Below are positions 1 to 13,571 of a stretch of 64,000 nucleotides of DNA, one piece after another. Location: the NCBI GenBank assembly GCA_951406725.2, contig OX597816.1:31744001-31808000 (forward strand), read 5' to 3'. Positions within the stretch are counted from its first letter, which is position 1, and every line of letters begins with the position of its first letter. The DNA comes from Octopus vulgaris (lineage: Eukaryota). Position numbers and translations under genes: made by a program. The notes under the pieces are model-generated. The model was not told the DNA's origin. It saw nothing but the letters and a program-made list of their open reading frames with translations, and searched no databases.

Positions 1-749
1 TAGATATGGCGCCGACACGGGGTTATGATGCTAAGTACATCAGCAGAAGACTTTGAAAATATCAACAAAAGTAAATTTCTTCTGAATATCCTGTATCGCA
101 CAAAAAATAAAAATATACGAAAATTACAGGCATATCTAGGCACTAACAGCAAACATACTTACAGACGTACATTCATAAATACATATAGCACACTCGTATC
201 AAGAGATGGCAGGCCAAGGTAATGTCTAGAATTATTACTGGCTATATTGAGCTCTAAATTAATTCGAAAAATGTCGGTATGCACAAATTCATCTACAATG
301 AAGGGTGAAATTTATTGCACATTTGCAAAGTAAGTCACGCACACGTACACACATAAACATAGATTCTTTTATGGATTGATAATACTAAGAATGAGTGCAT
401 GTGGATAGAATTTCCACAATGCTCAAGCCGTTATGTTGGATGAGGATATCTACGAAAAAGCACGTGCCATCCAAATGGATACATATGTAATGGTAGGTAA
501 CTTATACAAAAGGTTTACATATGAGAAATCACACTAAATTTTTGCAAGAATTTGCCTTCACTCATGCGATAGCTTTCAAGTATATCTATATTTATCGTTA
601 TTCGTAACTAGTATGTTCTGTTCATGTGAATCTAACTAATTTGGAGGTTTTATTGCTTTTGAATGCAATTTCGTGCTTGGAGACATAATTTGTTAAAATA
701 TATGTAATTTATTAACCTCTCCCTTTCCCTCTCTCAGAAACACCTCCAC

Positions 750-808
750 ATGCATACATACATACATACATACATATGCATACAGACATACATACATATA
801 TACATACA

Positions 809-857
<49 letters not shown>

Positions 858-880
858 CCTATGCACATGCATACACACAT
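750..880. repeat. (CATA)n/(TA)n compound microsatellite
   Basis: Directly visible; explains the YIYI-type ORFs at 693-1046. Confidence 0.9.
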
Positions 881-1592
881 ATTTGGAGAATGGTCTGTTC
901 ATAGAGTTACCCAAGGATTCGCATTCATAATTCGTTTAGCTTTACACCCAACACACAAGACCCAAATAGCCGGGGGAAGGGTGTGTAAAGCTAAACAATT
1001 TATGCACGGGAAAGATGTGTATCCGGCCATAACTACCCTTCTCTAAATGCTCCAGTGTTCCAAAACATAGACATCGGTCTCTGCTTTACCCATGATTGCA
1101 GCTCCATTAACGAGACCATCTCTGTAAATAGGTTTCCCAACGCACGTAAGATCCCAGTGATACAAACAGTAATATTAAATCATAATGATTTCTTTATTGA
1201 CCACAATATGTTGATATTTAGAAAACCGTTATGAGCAGTGCAGGACAAAATAATGTGTGTGTGTGTTTGTGTGGGAGTATGTAGTGTGAGAGATTTGCGT
1301 CTAAGATATCATTATTATTACTATTATTATTATTGTGGTTGTTGTTGTTTTCGGTAACCTTATTTTGAACCATTCTTTCACTGCACTACACAGCGCTGAT
1401 CTGTGGGCCTTGGATATGTACTGTGGTTTTTTGAGTTACTCTTATTTTAACTTTGTTGAACGTATTTTACGAAGGATATGTGCGGTGCACACTAGAGCTA
1501 TGTTCTTTTTCCTATATATAATTATTAGACCTGGTGATACATCTGCTCTTTTTCTATTGTAATTGTTTCTATCTTTAGCTTATTATTATAAC

Positions 1593-2118
1593 TGAGTGAG
1601 AATGAATCGCAAGTCCTCAAAAGGACATTGAAACACAAATATACGAAGCCCAGTATACCTATCATGACTACTCATCTCATAAGAGTATATTACAACCATA
1701 TGAGCACGACATAGTGATATCATATGAAGATTAACAGCACATGACCATGCAGGTGGCGCCCAGTTAGAATTTTCTTCAAGTAACCTCTCTCGCTTAAATT
1801 GCCCTTGTATGATGTTTCTTTAAAAGATGATTAACAAAACTCCAATCTTTCCAAAGGTGAATTATCCAACCCACCAAAAAAATTCCCCTCAAAATATGGC
1901 TTTGATACTTCCCCACTACATCTGCTAGTGATCAGAGATTCACATATCGTCAGCCACTAATGGACATGCTCAACTGGTTTAAGGTCAAAAACTGACAAGC
2001 AAATCTTTGGTACTGAGCAGAATATTTCCTGTAGACAAAATATTGTGTACGTGATAACGCTTCAAATCAGTTAAGATCAAAAGGCATGAGAGCCACAGCC
2101 TGGTACTGCATCAATGCA
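1593..2118 (-). mobile_element. Non-coding ~500-bp retroposon (SINE-like or LINE UTR-derived) with (AAT)n tail, diverged copy
   Basis: Colinear similarity to 2419-2880 (shared aaatatacgaagccca.tatacc, gcccagttagaattttcttca, gacatgctcaactggtt, actgacaagcaaatct); bordered by TTA repeats. Confidence 0.65.
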
Positions 2119-2119
2119 T

Positions 2120-2204
2120 CTTATTATTATCATCATCATCATCATCATCAACATTATTACTATTATTATTATTACTATTTTATTATTATTATTATTATCA
2201 TTAT

Positions 2205-2269
<65 letters not shown>

Positions 2270-2317
2270 TTACTACTACTACTACTACTAACACTACTAC
2301 TGCTGCTACTACTGCTG

Positions 2318-2356
<39 letters not shown>

Positions 2357-2362
2357 TTATTA

Positions 2363-2418
<56 letters not shown>
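2120..2418. repeat. Compound trinucleotide microsatellite (CAT/TTA/CTA)n
   Basis: Directly visible; gives poly-L/T/I ORFs. Confidence 0.95.
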
Positions 2419-2983
<565 letters not shown>

Positions 2984-3049
2984 CATTTACTTTTAATATG
3001 CATGTTGTTTACAATCGCTTTCCGAAATACACCCATCTACTGAGGGATA

Positions 3050-3465
3050 AAACATTTCCTGTATGACTGCAACCTGGGGGAGTGTGTGCAGCAGGCACAG
3101 TAGCGAAATACCTCATGTAATAAAACACAGACATTTAAATTGATAGTTTTTTTTTCTAAGGATGTGGACAGTACTTCTTAGCACAGTATTTTGGACGTGG
3201 ATCTCTCGGGATATCTAGATGTTTTTGACATTTCTTTCTTATCATACCTAGGGCACCTACAATGACAGGAAACGTTCTCGCTTTCAGATGCCACATCTTT
3301 GTATTTTAATATACCAGTACTTATCTTTACATAATTTGTCAAATTCATTTACAGATACATATTTAGAAATGGGGACACTTAGATCAATTAGTCTACCAGT
3401 TTTTTCTTCCCTTTCATTAATGGCTGTCTGGTCGATTAGGTTGGAATGTTCTGTCGTTCTTGACA
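3050..3465 (-). pseudogene. R4/Dong-like LINE fragment, restriction-like endonuclease (RLE) C-terminus and probable 3' UTR
   Basis: ORF 3284-3466 (EREEKTGRLIDLSVP...EFDKLCKDKY...IQR) resembles the RLE region of the copy at 19790-20110 (LIDVSIP...EMEKLSKYKDLEIE). Confidence 0.7.
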
Positions 3466-3586
3466 ATTATTTTTGTTGTCGTTGTTGCTCCTGCTACTGC
3501 TGTTGTTGTTATCCTCCTCCGCCACATCATCATCATCATCACTATTTTTTTATTAGAAGTTTATTATTAATATTATTACCATGACG

Positions 3587-6500
3587 TAGTTTTATTTTTA
3601 TCACGTGTTTTCAGTGCAATATCGAGCGCAGCTCTGCGTGCCTTGGGTATGTACGTTTAGTTTAGCCCAGTATCTCACGCGAAGGGGGTTTTCTTGCTAT
3701 CTTTTGCTCATGATCCCTTGTCGTTCCAGTTTTAGTTTTGATTTCAGTTGTTTTACAGCTGCTCTTGCTTCTTCCTTTTCTCCATAGTTGTTAGGTACTA
3801 TAACTTCTGTTTTGTATTTGTCAGCTTCCTTAAAAATTGAAGCAGTTTTTATTTTGTTTTGTTCCTGTTTTCTGGCTATTTGTATTACTTTACCTTTTTT
3901 TCTGAAGTAGCTGTTTATGTAGTACTATAGTGGTTATTTTATGATAGATTTCTTTCTAAATAATGCTTCTATAACATTCTTTACGTTGTATGTATCACAT
4001 TTCTGTCGGATTTTGTGTGGTACATCCTAAACCCTGACATTCTTTTTCCTGTTTTCCTCTTTATTTTGATTACTTCCTTTAGTGTCCAGTTACGTATATT
4101 GTAGCTGTAAATTGTAACTGAGATGGCTAGTGTGTTGATTCATATTATTTGTTTCTTGTCATTGAAATCTCTATTTAGTATTAATTCAACTAGTTTAGAG
4201 TATTCCGATGTTATTTTCTCTTTCTTTTGTGTGTGTTGTATCGTAACTATTTTATTGATTACAAACTACTTGTATGTGTGGCCTTGTTCTAAATCTCTTA
4301 TTTCATTTCCTTTATCTAGTGATGTTGCTAATCTTAAGTAGATGCGCTCTTTTCAAGGTTACTTTGACACATTTTCTAGACCAAATTTCATGTTTATTTC
4401 TATGGTAAATCCATGTAATGTCTAGTAAAATGTTTTTGGCTGTTTATCATTTGTAGCGTACAGTTTTAGGTCATCCATATATAAGAGGTGGCTGATTGTT
4501 TTGCCGAAACAAATTTATATGAATCCAGTTCTGTTCAGCGTATTAAATAAAGGTGTCAGTGCCAAGCAGAAAAGGATTGGAGACAGTGTATCTCCTTCGA
4601 ATATCTCTCTGCTATTGAGGGTGGCTTTGGGTTTTTTTATGAGTCCCTCTGGAGCTGTAGCACTGTCTGCTTTTATTAATGGATCTGTTATATATTCTAA
4701 GATTATTGGTGTTACCTTGTTCATGACTAGTGCTTCTAGAACCCATGTGTGAGGAATACTTTCAAAATCATTTCGGTAATCGATCCAGACCATACTTAGA
4801 CCGTTATTGTTTCTTTGGCTCTCTTCAGTTATGGCTTTATTTATCATTTGTTGATCGTTACAGTTGTATGAACCCTTGCAGCATCCCTTCTGCTCTTCTA
4901 TAAACAGGTTGTTTTCTTTCATATGCTTGATCATTTTCACCGATATTATTGTAGTAAAAGCTTGATAAATATTTTAGAGAGAAGTTATTGGTCAGTAATT
5001 CTGTGGGTTTGCTGTTTCAGTGGATTTGGGAATTAGAAAAGCTTTCCTTTCCGTGAGCCATATCACAGTAGGCGCATTAGGTATGTTACAAATATATTCA
5101 GACACATGCATAACAAAAACACCAGGATGAACAAATATACATAACATACAGGTACTGTTGGTAGGTTATTAAATTTTTCAATCAGCTTCTTATGTGTTCC
5201 TCTTAAGGATCATATTGCGTACGGGTACCTTTCAGTTACTTTGTTTTTGTACTGTCTGGGTGATCTAATTCATTTGTTATAGGGGTCCAGAGTTTTTCAG
5301 GTACTGAAAATACTTTAGCGTATCTGTCAGTGCCAAGTGTCGTGGTTTTGATAGATCTTTTTACATGTTTCTCCTTCGCCGACCATATTTCTTACAAGAA
5401 GTCTTACACTTTTTCTGCTGCTGGTGCTGCATTACGTCTATATTATTTATTCCAAGTTCTTGGTAGAACATTTCGGGGTTGGAGTTGAAGTGTTTGTTTT
5501 GTTCAAAGGCAGATTGGCGTCTCTCATACCGGCGGATTCTTTGTCCTTTGGCGAGGATATCTTGCTTTATCCGTTCTTTTATCTCAAGTATAACTTTTTT
5601 CTTTAACGTTTTATTCCCGTAGTATTTTTGTTCTCTTCTTGTTGCTTAGTAGTATTGATTGTCTAATAGTTTCGTTGAGTTTTAACAGATTTCTCTCTTA
5701 TTTTTTTCTGGATATTATTTATAAACAGGGTTTGTTTGGATGGTGGTACTCTTGTTTTGATGGGTTTGAGTTATTATCCAGCTTGATTTCCTCGCGACAG
5801 TGGCAGCTCTATATATTATATCAGTTATCCTTGTTATATTGACATATTTTCCCGTGGCTATTCTGTGACGCTCAGGTTCCTTCTATTTATTATTAATGTT
5901 GTTATAGCATCAATTTCAGTTTGGGGGAGGTGCAATCGGCGGTCCATACTGTGCTCTATGTCATTCAGTTCATTAATTATGCTCATTATTATTATATCAT
6001 AATTATTAGGTTCACCTTCTCTTTTGTTTACAAGTTTCAGATTTGTTTCGTATTTCCTACCATTTATATTTTCGTCTATGGTGTTCTGGACTGTTGCATT
6101 TTCTTCATGATTAGGTATTCCTACGGTCTGAGTTTGCTGTCATATGTAGTATACTTCGCTTTTGTTGGAAATGTTACGTTTCTGTCCGCGTTTAGCAGTT
6201 CCAATGCTTATGAAAATATTTTGCATTATTGTGTACTCACTATCTACATATTCCTGATATATTTTCCCTTTTAAGTGTCCTATTTCTTTTTCTGATACTT
6301 CTTTTTTTGCTTTCCGAATATATCTTCATATGGTAGCTAGTTTATTAGGGTTCATTGCTGTGTCCAAGTCTTTATCTAGGTGATTCTTCTTCCAGATAGT
6401 ATATATATATATATATGTTGTTGTGGTTTCGTTCTTTGGGTAGAGCACTGCAGCAAAATAAGCGTGTAGGACTGAATTATATTCTCCATCTGCCCATTTA

Positions 6501-6650
6501 TGCTTTTTTGATTCTAGTTGTGAGATTTGAAAAACAACAGCCTTTCCTATATTTTGACGGTATTCAATTTCGCAGGGTACCGGCTCGTTCATTTCTAGTG
6601 TTAAATTGTTTTGCACGTGTAGTTTTTCGTAGTATTCCGGTTATAATTTC
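3587..6650 (-). mobile_element. Degenerate, internally deleted R4/Dong-like non-LTR retrotransposon
   Basis: ORF 4515-4940 (EEQKGCCKGSY...WIDYRNDFESIPHTW...IFEGDTLSPILFCLAL) matches the RT of 18180-18701; LLYMDDLKLY-coding DNA near 4455-4490; 3' UTR at 3587-3651 matches the reverse complement of 20141-20195; N-terminal remnant at 6326-6616. Confidence 0.85.
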
Positions 6651-6660
6651 AGTGTAATAT

Positions 6661-6880
6661 ATTCTTTTATTCTTTTATTTGTTTCAGTCATTTGACTGTG
6701 ACCATGCTGGAGCACCGCCTTTAGTCGAGCAAATCGACCTCAGGACTTATTCTTTGTAAGCCTAGTACTTATTCTATCGGTCTCTTTTGCCAAACCGCTA
6801 AGTTACGGGGACGTAAACACACCAGCATCGGTTGTCAAGCGATGTTGGGGGGACAAACACAGACACACAAATATATATAT
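6661..6880 (-). mobile_element. tRNA-derived SINE (family A), 5'-truncated body and tail
   Basis: Highly similar to 61213-61440, including the tail GGCGGTGCTCCAGCATGG...CAGTCAAATGACTGAAAC followed by short repeats. Confidence 0.85.
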
Positions 6881-8300
6881 ATATTTATACATGTGTGTGT
6901 GTGTGTATAAAGAGAGAGTGAGAGCGAGAGATCGAAGCATATTTTCCGATGATTTAGTTTTACACGGATTGAGCATACACCTTTTCCACGCGCGCACATA
7001 CATTATTCAGGGTCTCACAAATATATATCCGCAAAGGTTCAAGCACCCGTTGTGTTCTTGAAATGATATACACCTTTACCATGTTCACTACAAAATCTAA
7101 GTGACCCGAACCCTGCCAACGTCTCCGTTATTACTTGTGAATTTTACATTTTTCATGCCATCTAATGACATATTCCAATGCAAAATATTGTGTTACCGCC
7201 TGTTTCACATTGCAACACGAAATTGGGGACATCACCAAGCATAAAACCTGCCGTTATGAACAAAACAAACAAAAATCTCTATTTAAATGTGTCAATATTT
7301 GTTTTCGTGTCTATTAGTGTGTGTGGTTGAGTATGTGTGTGTTTGTTTGTGTGTGTGTGTGTGTGTGTGTGAGCGTGTGTATGTCTGTATGTGTATTCGA
7401 ATAACTCAAATATTTCCCAAGCTTCGTATAAAGAAATTTAACTTTCAACAGTTAATGAATATTATTTTTCTTCCCTCGCAATCGAGAAAGTTGTTCGAAG
7501 GAATACATATATCTATGTATGTGTGTATTTCTGCATGTAAATCGTCTGTGTATGGATGCTTGTGTATATGTGTCCATTAATGCGTCATTTGTTCTCTGAA
7601 ATTAAACGTAATTTGTATAAATTAACAAAACATTGAAACGCAAAGTAAAGAAAAATCAAACTTTGTCATCCAAAACGGCACAAAGTTGATTTCCTGTGGA
7701 TAATTTTAATGACGCATCTATAATTACTTAAAAATGCGCCGTGTTAGGTATTTAGAATTAAATATTATGTGATATATTTGGCTTTTAGACTAATTCAATG
7801 ATTCTGTTGATGAACGCTCGTATGTTTCAAATCGTTAACGAATGCATTCACATTTATAAACAATATATCCTAATGATTTCTTTAATTTAATAATATAGCT
7901 GCTAATTTAATTATGTCGTTGGCAGAATTCTCTCTTGATCATGAATCATGAAAAATTTATAAAAAAAAACTAGGAAAAGAAATGTTTCTTTTTCCTTTAT
8001 TTCTGTTGAGGAATTCGATATTGTAAATGTTCTTTTGAATGTTTACATAAATAATTCTACAGCAATTTAATGCTGAGAGCATTGCTATAAGACACTATAT
8101 CAATAGAAAGTCAAGAACCAGCATACATATATTTTTTTGTGGTTCCAGCCTTCCATCTGTATAAAGTTAAGTACTTGATTTATAGTGCAATACTGGGTAA
8201 ACTTGCAACTAAAAAAAATATTTGTAGCCGCTGAAAGGAACAATTCTAGTTGTTCTAACATTATATATATACACACACACACCTAATCACCAACCAACCC

Positions 8301-8348
<48 letters not shown>

Positions 8349-8442
8349 AACTCATAAGTTGTTTATAAATTTATCCTTTAAAGGTATTTTTTAATATGCT
8401 GGTCATTCATTCGCAAATTTCATCCTATATTATATATATATA

Positions 8443-8509
<67 letters not shown>

Positions 8510-8535
8510 ATAGGATTAGCTCGTATACGAGTAGG

Positions 8536-9633
8536 TATATATTTGTAAAAAATGAAGTTCGAAAATGCTGCTGTATTATACAATTTTTAATTTTTATATA
8601 TACATTATAACATGTTTCAGTTCCTGAAATGAACCTTATCAAAAAAAGTTATATATAAAAAAAGAGACAGCTCATGCCGTCAAACACAAGAAATTCATTT
8701 ATAATACACAACGGAGTCAGACATCTTAGAGTTCATGTATAGTTGATATATAGTTCATGTATAGTTGATATATAGTTTGAAGTATATGTTCAAAGTGTTC
8801 GATGCAGTGGCCCACGGTGGCGATACGTATTCAATACAAAAAACAGATCAAAGTGGTGGAAAGCGGTCAATACAGAAGTTTGATGTTTACGAAAGAGCGA
8901 GGAATTCATTTTTACCTTAAGCAATTGTGATGACACATGGTGGAAGTTCGCTGGGTGGTTCTAGTGATATTTTGTGAAATGCTCGGTTTTATAATGCCTG
9001 TTAGGTGGTCAATCTAGCGTAGCGTGACGTCATCAATGTGTTGACCAATCGTTTCGTTAGGTGGCTTTAATCAAGTGGAACGGGACGTCATCATTATTTT
9101 GACCAATCGCTACATTATAACTCCCTCTTGTTTGTTTCCTGTCTTGACCAGTCGCTTCGTTAGTCAAGATAGCGGGACGTCATCCAGATTCTGCCCAATC
9201 ACGACTTATAGCTACATTAGATCTGCCCCCTGTCTGTACTTGTTAGGTGACTATTCAAGCAGAAAAGGACGTCATCAATATTCTGACTAATGACTGTCCC
9301 CTGTTTGTATTGACCGCTTTCCACCACTTTGATCTGTTTTTTGTATTGGATACGTATCGCCACCGTGGGCCACTGCATCGAACACTTTGAACATATACTT
9401 CAAACTATATATTAACTATACATGCACTATATATCAACTATACATGAACTCTAAGATGTCTGACTCCGTTGTGTATTATGAATGAATTTCTTGTGTTTGA
9501 CGGCATGAGCTGTCTCTTTTTTTATATATAACTTTTTTTGATAAGGTTCATTTCAGGAACTGAAACATGTTATAATGTATATATAAAAATTAAAAATTGT
9601 ATAATACAGCAGCATTTTCGAACTTCATTTTTT

Positions 9634-9644
<11 letters not shown>
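8536..9644. repeat. Long inverted repeat (339-bp arms 8536-8874 and 9306-9644, ~430-bp spacer) in (TA)n; probable inverted PLE-type pseudo-LTR
   Basis: Arms are reverse complements with few mismatches; degenerate hammerhead-like motif at 9538-9571. Confidence 0.85.
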
Positions 9645-9691
<47 letters not shown>

Positions 9692-9810
9692 ATATATATA
9701 CATATATATATAACGGGAAGCTTTATGAAAATAAACAAAAGACGAAGGCAGGTGGAAAACAAACGAACAATTGTATTAGTATGGCGCTCAGGAAATATAA
9801 ATAAAACAAG

Positions 9811-9848
9811 TATTTAACGTTTCGAGCCTACGCTCTTCAACAGAAAGA
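9811..9848 (-). ncRNA. Minimal hammerhead-like motif in PLE pseudo-LTR (copy 1)
   Basis: Minus strand TCTTT-CTGTTGAA-GAGC-GTAG-GCTC-GAAACGTT-AAATA; core deviates from CUGAUGA. Confidence 0.5.
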
Positions 9849-10689
9849 TACAGAGAGAGAAAAAAAACACAGAAAGATGGAGAGAAAAAAATGCGTGCAG
9901 TAGCTAACGAATCAACATGGCGATCTGATTTCGGCCAGAGGTCAAAGATCAAACATGAGACGCGAGAGCGAAATAAGGGGAGATAATAGGGTTGATAATA
10001 GGGTTGAGGGACCAGCTAATAGTGCGTAGGAGGGGTCTGGATGTGTGTATGTATAGGGCTGGTGTAAGTATTAGTATGTATAAGGATGTGTGTGTGTGTG
10101 TGTGTGAGAGAGAGTATTAGTGCGTAGGATTGGTCTGGACGTGCGTATGTATGGGGTTGGTGTATGTATTAGTATGTATTAGTATGTATTAGTACGTATT
10201 AGTATGTATAAGTGTGTGTGTGTGTGTGTGAGAGAGTATAAGTGCGTATGCGGGGTCTGGACGTGTGTATGTATAGGGTTGGTGTATGTATTAGTATGTA
10301 CTAGTATGTATTAGTACGTAGTAGTATGTATTAGTTGGTGTATGTATTAGTATGGCACATCATTATGTGATGTGATGTGTAAAGTCATGTGGTGTAGTGA
10401 GGAGAAGAGGGGGGGAAGAAGAGGGGGGTGGGGAAGAAGAGGGGGATGAGAGGGGGAAGAAGAGAGGATGGGGGAGAAGGAAGGGGAAGAAGGGGATGAA
10501 TGAGGAAAGAGGGAGAGGCGGAGAGAGAAGGGGAGAGAGGGAGTGAGGGAGCAGAGGGAAGGGGAAGAGGGAGGGAGAAAGAGGGAAGAAGGGAAGGGGA
10601 GTAGGGGTGAAAGGAATGAAGAACTGAAGAAGTAGGGGTCGGGGGAAAGGATAGGTGAGGAGGGGGAGAGGGGGGTTAGATGAGGAGGG

Positions 10690-12730
10690 GGGTTAGAGTT
10701 GAGACCAAATGGCGTATAAGAGCGAAGAGAGAAGATTAATTCCTGTTCACGGCGCAAATGGGAATCCGGATGGCCTCTGTGTAAGGACAAACCGAACACA
10801 GATAGGTGTTGCAAGGAGTGACCGGTGGAGCGGAAATGGCGTGAGACCGGTATGTCGTTCGCAATGTGGATGTCACGAAGGTGTTCTGCGAACCGGTCAG
10901 CCAAGCGGCGTCCCGTTTGTCCGATGTACAAGGAATTGCAGAGAGAGCAAGAGATGCAATAGTTAATATTGCTGGAGGTGCAGGTGAAGGAGTGGATGAT
11001 GGGATAGGGTCGATGGTGGGTGCTAGTGAGGCGGGTGGTGTTGGAGGGGTAAGGCAAGTGCGGCAACGTGGGCGGGAGCAGGGGAACGAGCCGGGTTGGG
11101 AGGTAGGGTCAGGGAAGGAGCTATGGACCAAAAGGTCTCGAAGGTTGTGGGCTCGTTTGAAAGAGGGGAGGGGTCGGTTAGGGAAGAGGTGTGAAGTGGA
11201 CGGGTCGGACTGGAGATGACGGAAAGCTCGAAGAATGGTGCGTTGGAGACGTAGGGTCGTGGGGTGGTAAGTGAGGGGAAAAGCGAGGCGGGAGACTACA
11301 GGGCGGGTTCGGGGAGAGAGAGCAGATACACGGTCCACGGACCGTGCTCTGGCAAGGGCGGTGTGGATAGTGGTGAGAGGGTATCCACGTAGGGTGAAGT
11401 GGTGAGCCATACGTTGAGACTGAGTCTCAAAGTCATGGTCGTCACTACAGAGCCTACGTAGACGGAGGAATTGGGAATAGGGGATGGAAAGCTTGGTGCG
11501 TTCTGGGTGGGAGGAAGAGAAGTTGAGGTATGAGTGTGAGTCTGTGTGTTTGTCGTGAATGGAGGTGGTAAGAGTGAAGTGAAGAATGCTAACCGAAATG
11601 TCGAGGAAGGAGACAGAGGTGTTGGAGATAGTGGAAGTGAAGTGGAGGGCTGGATGGAAAGATTGGACGAAAGAGAGGAAGGAATCTAGATGTTCGCGGG
11701 AGAGTGAGATGGCACCGATAATGTCGTCAATGTAACGACCATATAGTTTAGGAGTGGGACCATTGAAATTAGAGAATATTTGGGCCTCAACATAGCCAAC
11801 GAACAGGTTCGCATAGTTGGGGCCCATTCGCGTTCCCATGGCCACTCCAGAGATCTGATGGTAGAACTCGCCCGCGAACGAGAAGCAGTTCAGAGTAAGG
11901 ACAAGTTCGGCCAGACGAATGAGTGTGGAGGTGTCAGGTACAGGGTTAGAGCGGAGGTCAAGAAAGTGTCGAAGGGCCTGCAGTCCTTCGTGGTGAGGGA
12001 TAACAGTATAGAGGCTTTGGATGTCCATAGTAAAAATGATTTTGGAGAAGCCGGGAGGAAAGGAGAAAGAGTTGAAAAGCCGGAGAGCATGGTTGGTATC
12101 GTGGATGTGGGAGGGAAGAGATGCCACTAGGTGGGCAAGGACACGGTCGAGGTATTTAGAGATGAGCTCCGTGGGGCAGTTACAGGCGGAGACGATGGGG
12201 CGGCCAGGGTTGTTGGGTTTGTGGATTTTGGGGAGGAAGTAAATGGTGGGGGTACGTGGGGTTCGCACAATTAGGTTGGATGCGGTGCGGGGGAGACGGG
12301 AGGACGAGATGAGGTCTTGGACAGTAGAGGATACCGTCTGTTGGTAGCTACGTGTGGGGTTAGAGGGCAGAGGGGAATAGAAGGAGGTGTCATTGAGTTG
12401 GCGGAAAGCCTCGGCCCTATAGAGGTCCGCGCGCCACACCACTACAGCTCCACCCTTGTCAGCCGGTTTGATGATAATGTCAGCGCGCCGTTGGAGGGAA
12501 CGAAGAGCCAAGAGCTCAGCCGGGGAGATGTTGAGGCGGCGTTGGCGCTTGGAGAAGTTGAACCGCTCCAATGCACGCTGACAAGCGCCCGCGAAAAGAT
12601 CCACTGCTAGGATCTGGCCAGAGGCAGGCGTCCACGGGGATGGTCGGCGGCCCAGGCCAGTGAAGCAGTCCTCTTCGTTGGGTGTGGGTGGCGAGTCGTG
12701 GTAATGCGCACCCAACCGGACACGGCGCAC
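10690..12730 (-). pseudogene. PLE reverse transcriptase plus GIY-YIG endonuclease, frameshifted near 11053
   Basis: ORF 10736-12730 carries the RT; the endonuclease is in ORF 10347-11066; the duplicate copy at 15551-15556 has one extra G that keeps the frame. Confidence 0.9.
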
Positions 12731-12986
12731 AAAGCTGTGGACATCAACTCGCGTCTGGAATTCCTTACAGGATGGAGTGAGGGGGGTGAAACGCAGACCC
12801 CTCCGTTCAGCCGCAGAGAGGGGAAGATCGGGGGGAATGGTAACAACAGACGGAAGTGGAGAAGGGGTGGGTGGAATAGAAGTAGGAGGGGTGGTAGGTC
12901 TCGTGGAGGTCTGAGGGGGAGGGATTGGGGAGGTGTGTGGGGGGTGGTTGGGCGGGGCAGTAGGGTTAGGTGTAGGTGGATGGAGC

Positions 12987-13571
12987 CTAACGGGAGGGGA
13001 GAAGGGGTTTGTAGGGAGGGGCAGTGGGGTTAGGTGTGGGTGGATGGAGCCTAACGGGAGGGGAGAAGGGTGGTGGAGGAGTTGGGGTAGTGGCGTCGGG
13101 TTGGGTGGAATGGAAGAGTGATTGGAGTTTACGAAGTTTGGTATCTGAAAGAAATTGATGGAAGAGTTGATTCAAATGGATAATGAAGCGTAGCGTGTTT
13201 GGAGCATAGAGAGGCGGCAGAGAGGAGAAGAAGGTGGAGAAAGCAGGAGGAAGAAGGCAGTTGATGGCATGTAATTTGGAGAGATTGGAGCGAATGGTGG
13301 CCCGCATAAGGCGGTAAGATGTGGTGCGGAGTATGGGTAAGATGGAAGAATCCGAGTGGAGAGCAGGGTGGAAGTGGAGGCGGAAACCTTTAGGGATGAG
13401 TCGGTGATGTAGGCAGCGGCTTAGGAAAGAGACATGGCTAGAGAAGCGGGTTTTTTTAAAAAGAAGTAGAGAGAGATTAACGGACGGCTGAAGGCAATAT
13501 ACAGGAAGCGAACGGAGATGATCCTTCAAACGGTGATGGAGGGTGAGGAGGTAGGACCTACGATCCGGCAT
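12987..13571 (-). pseudogene. PLE N-terminal region (likely start MPDRRSY at 13571)
   Basis: FLSRCLHHRLIPKGF motif typical of PLE N-termini; separated from the RT by a frameshifted Pro-rich linker. Confidence 0.75.

Noticed and set aside
10709-13121. Plus-strand ORFs over the Penelope element
   Set aside because: Antisense shadows of a GC-rich coding region with no motifs.
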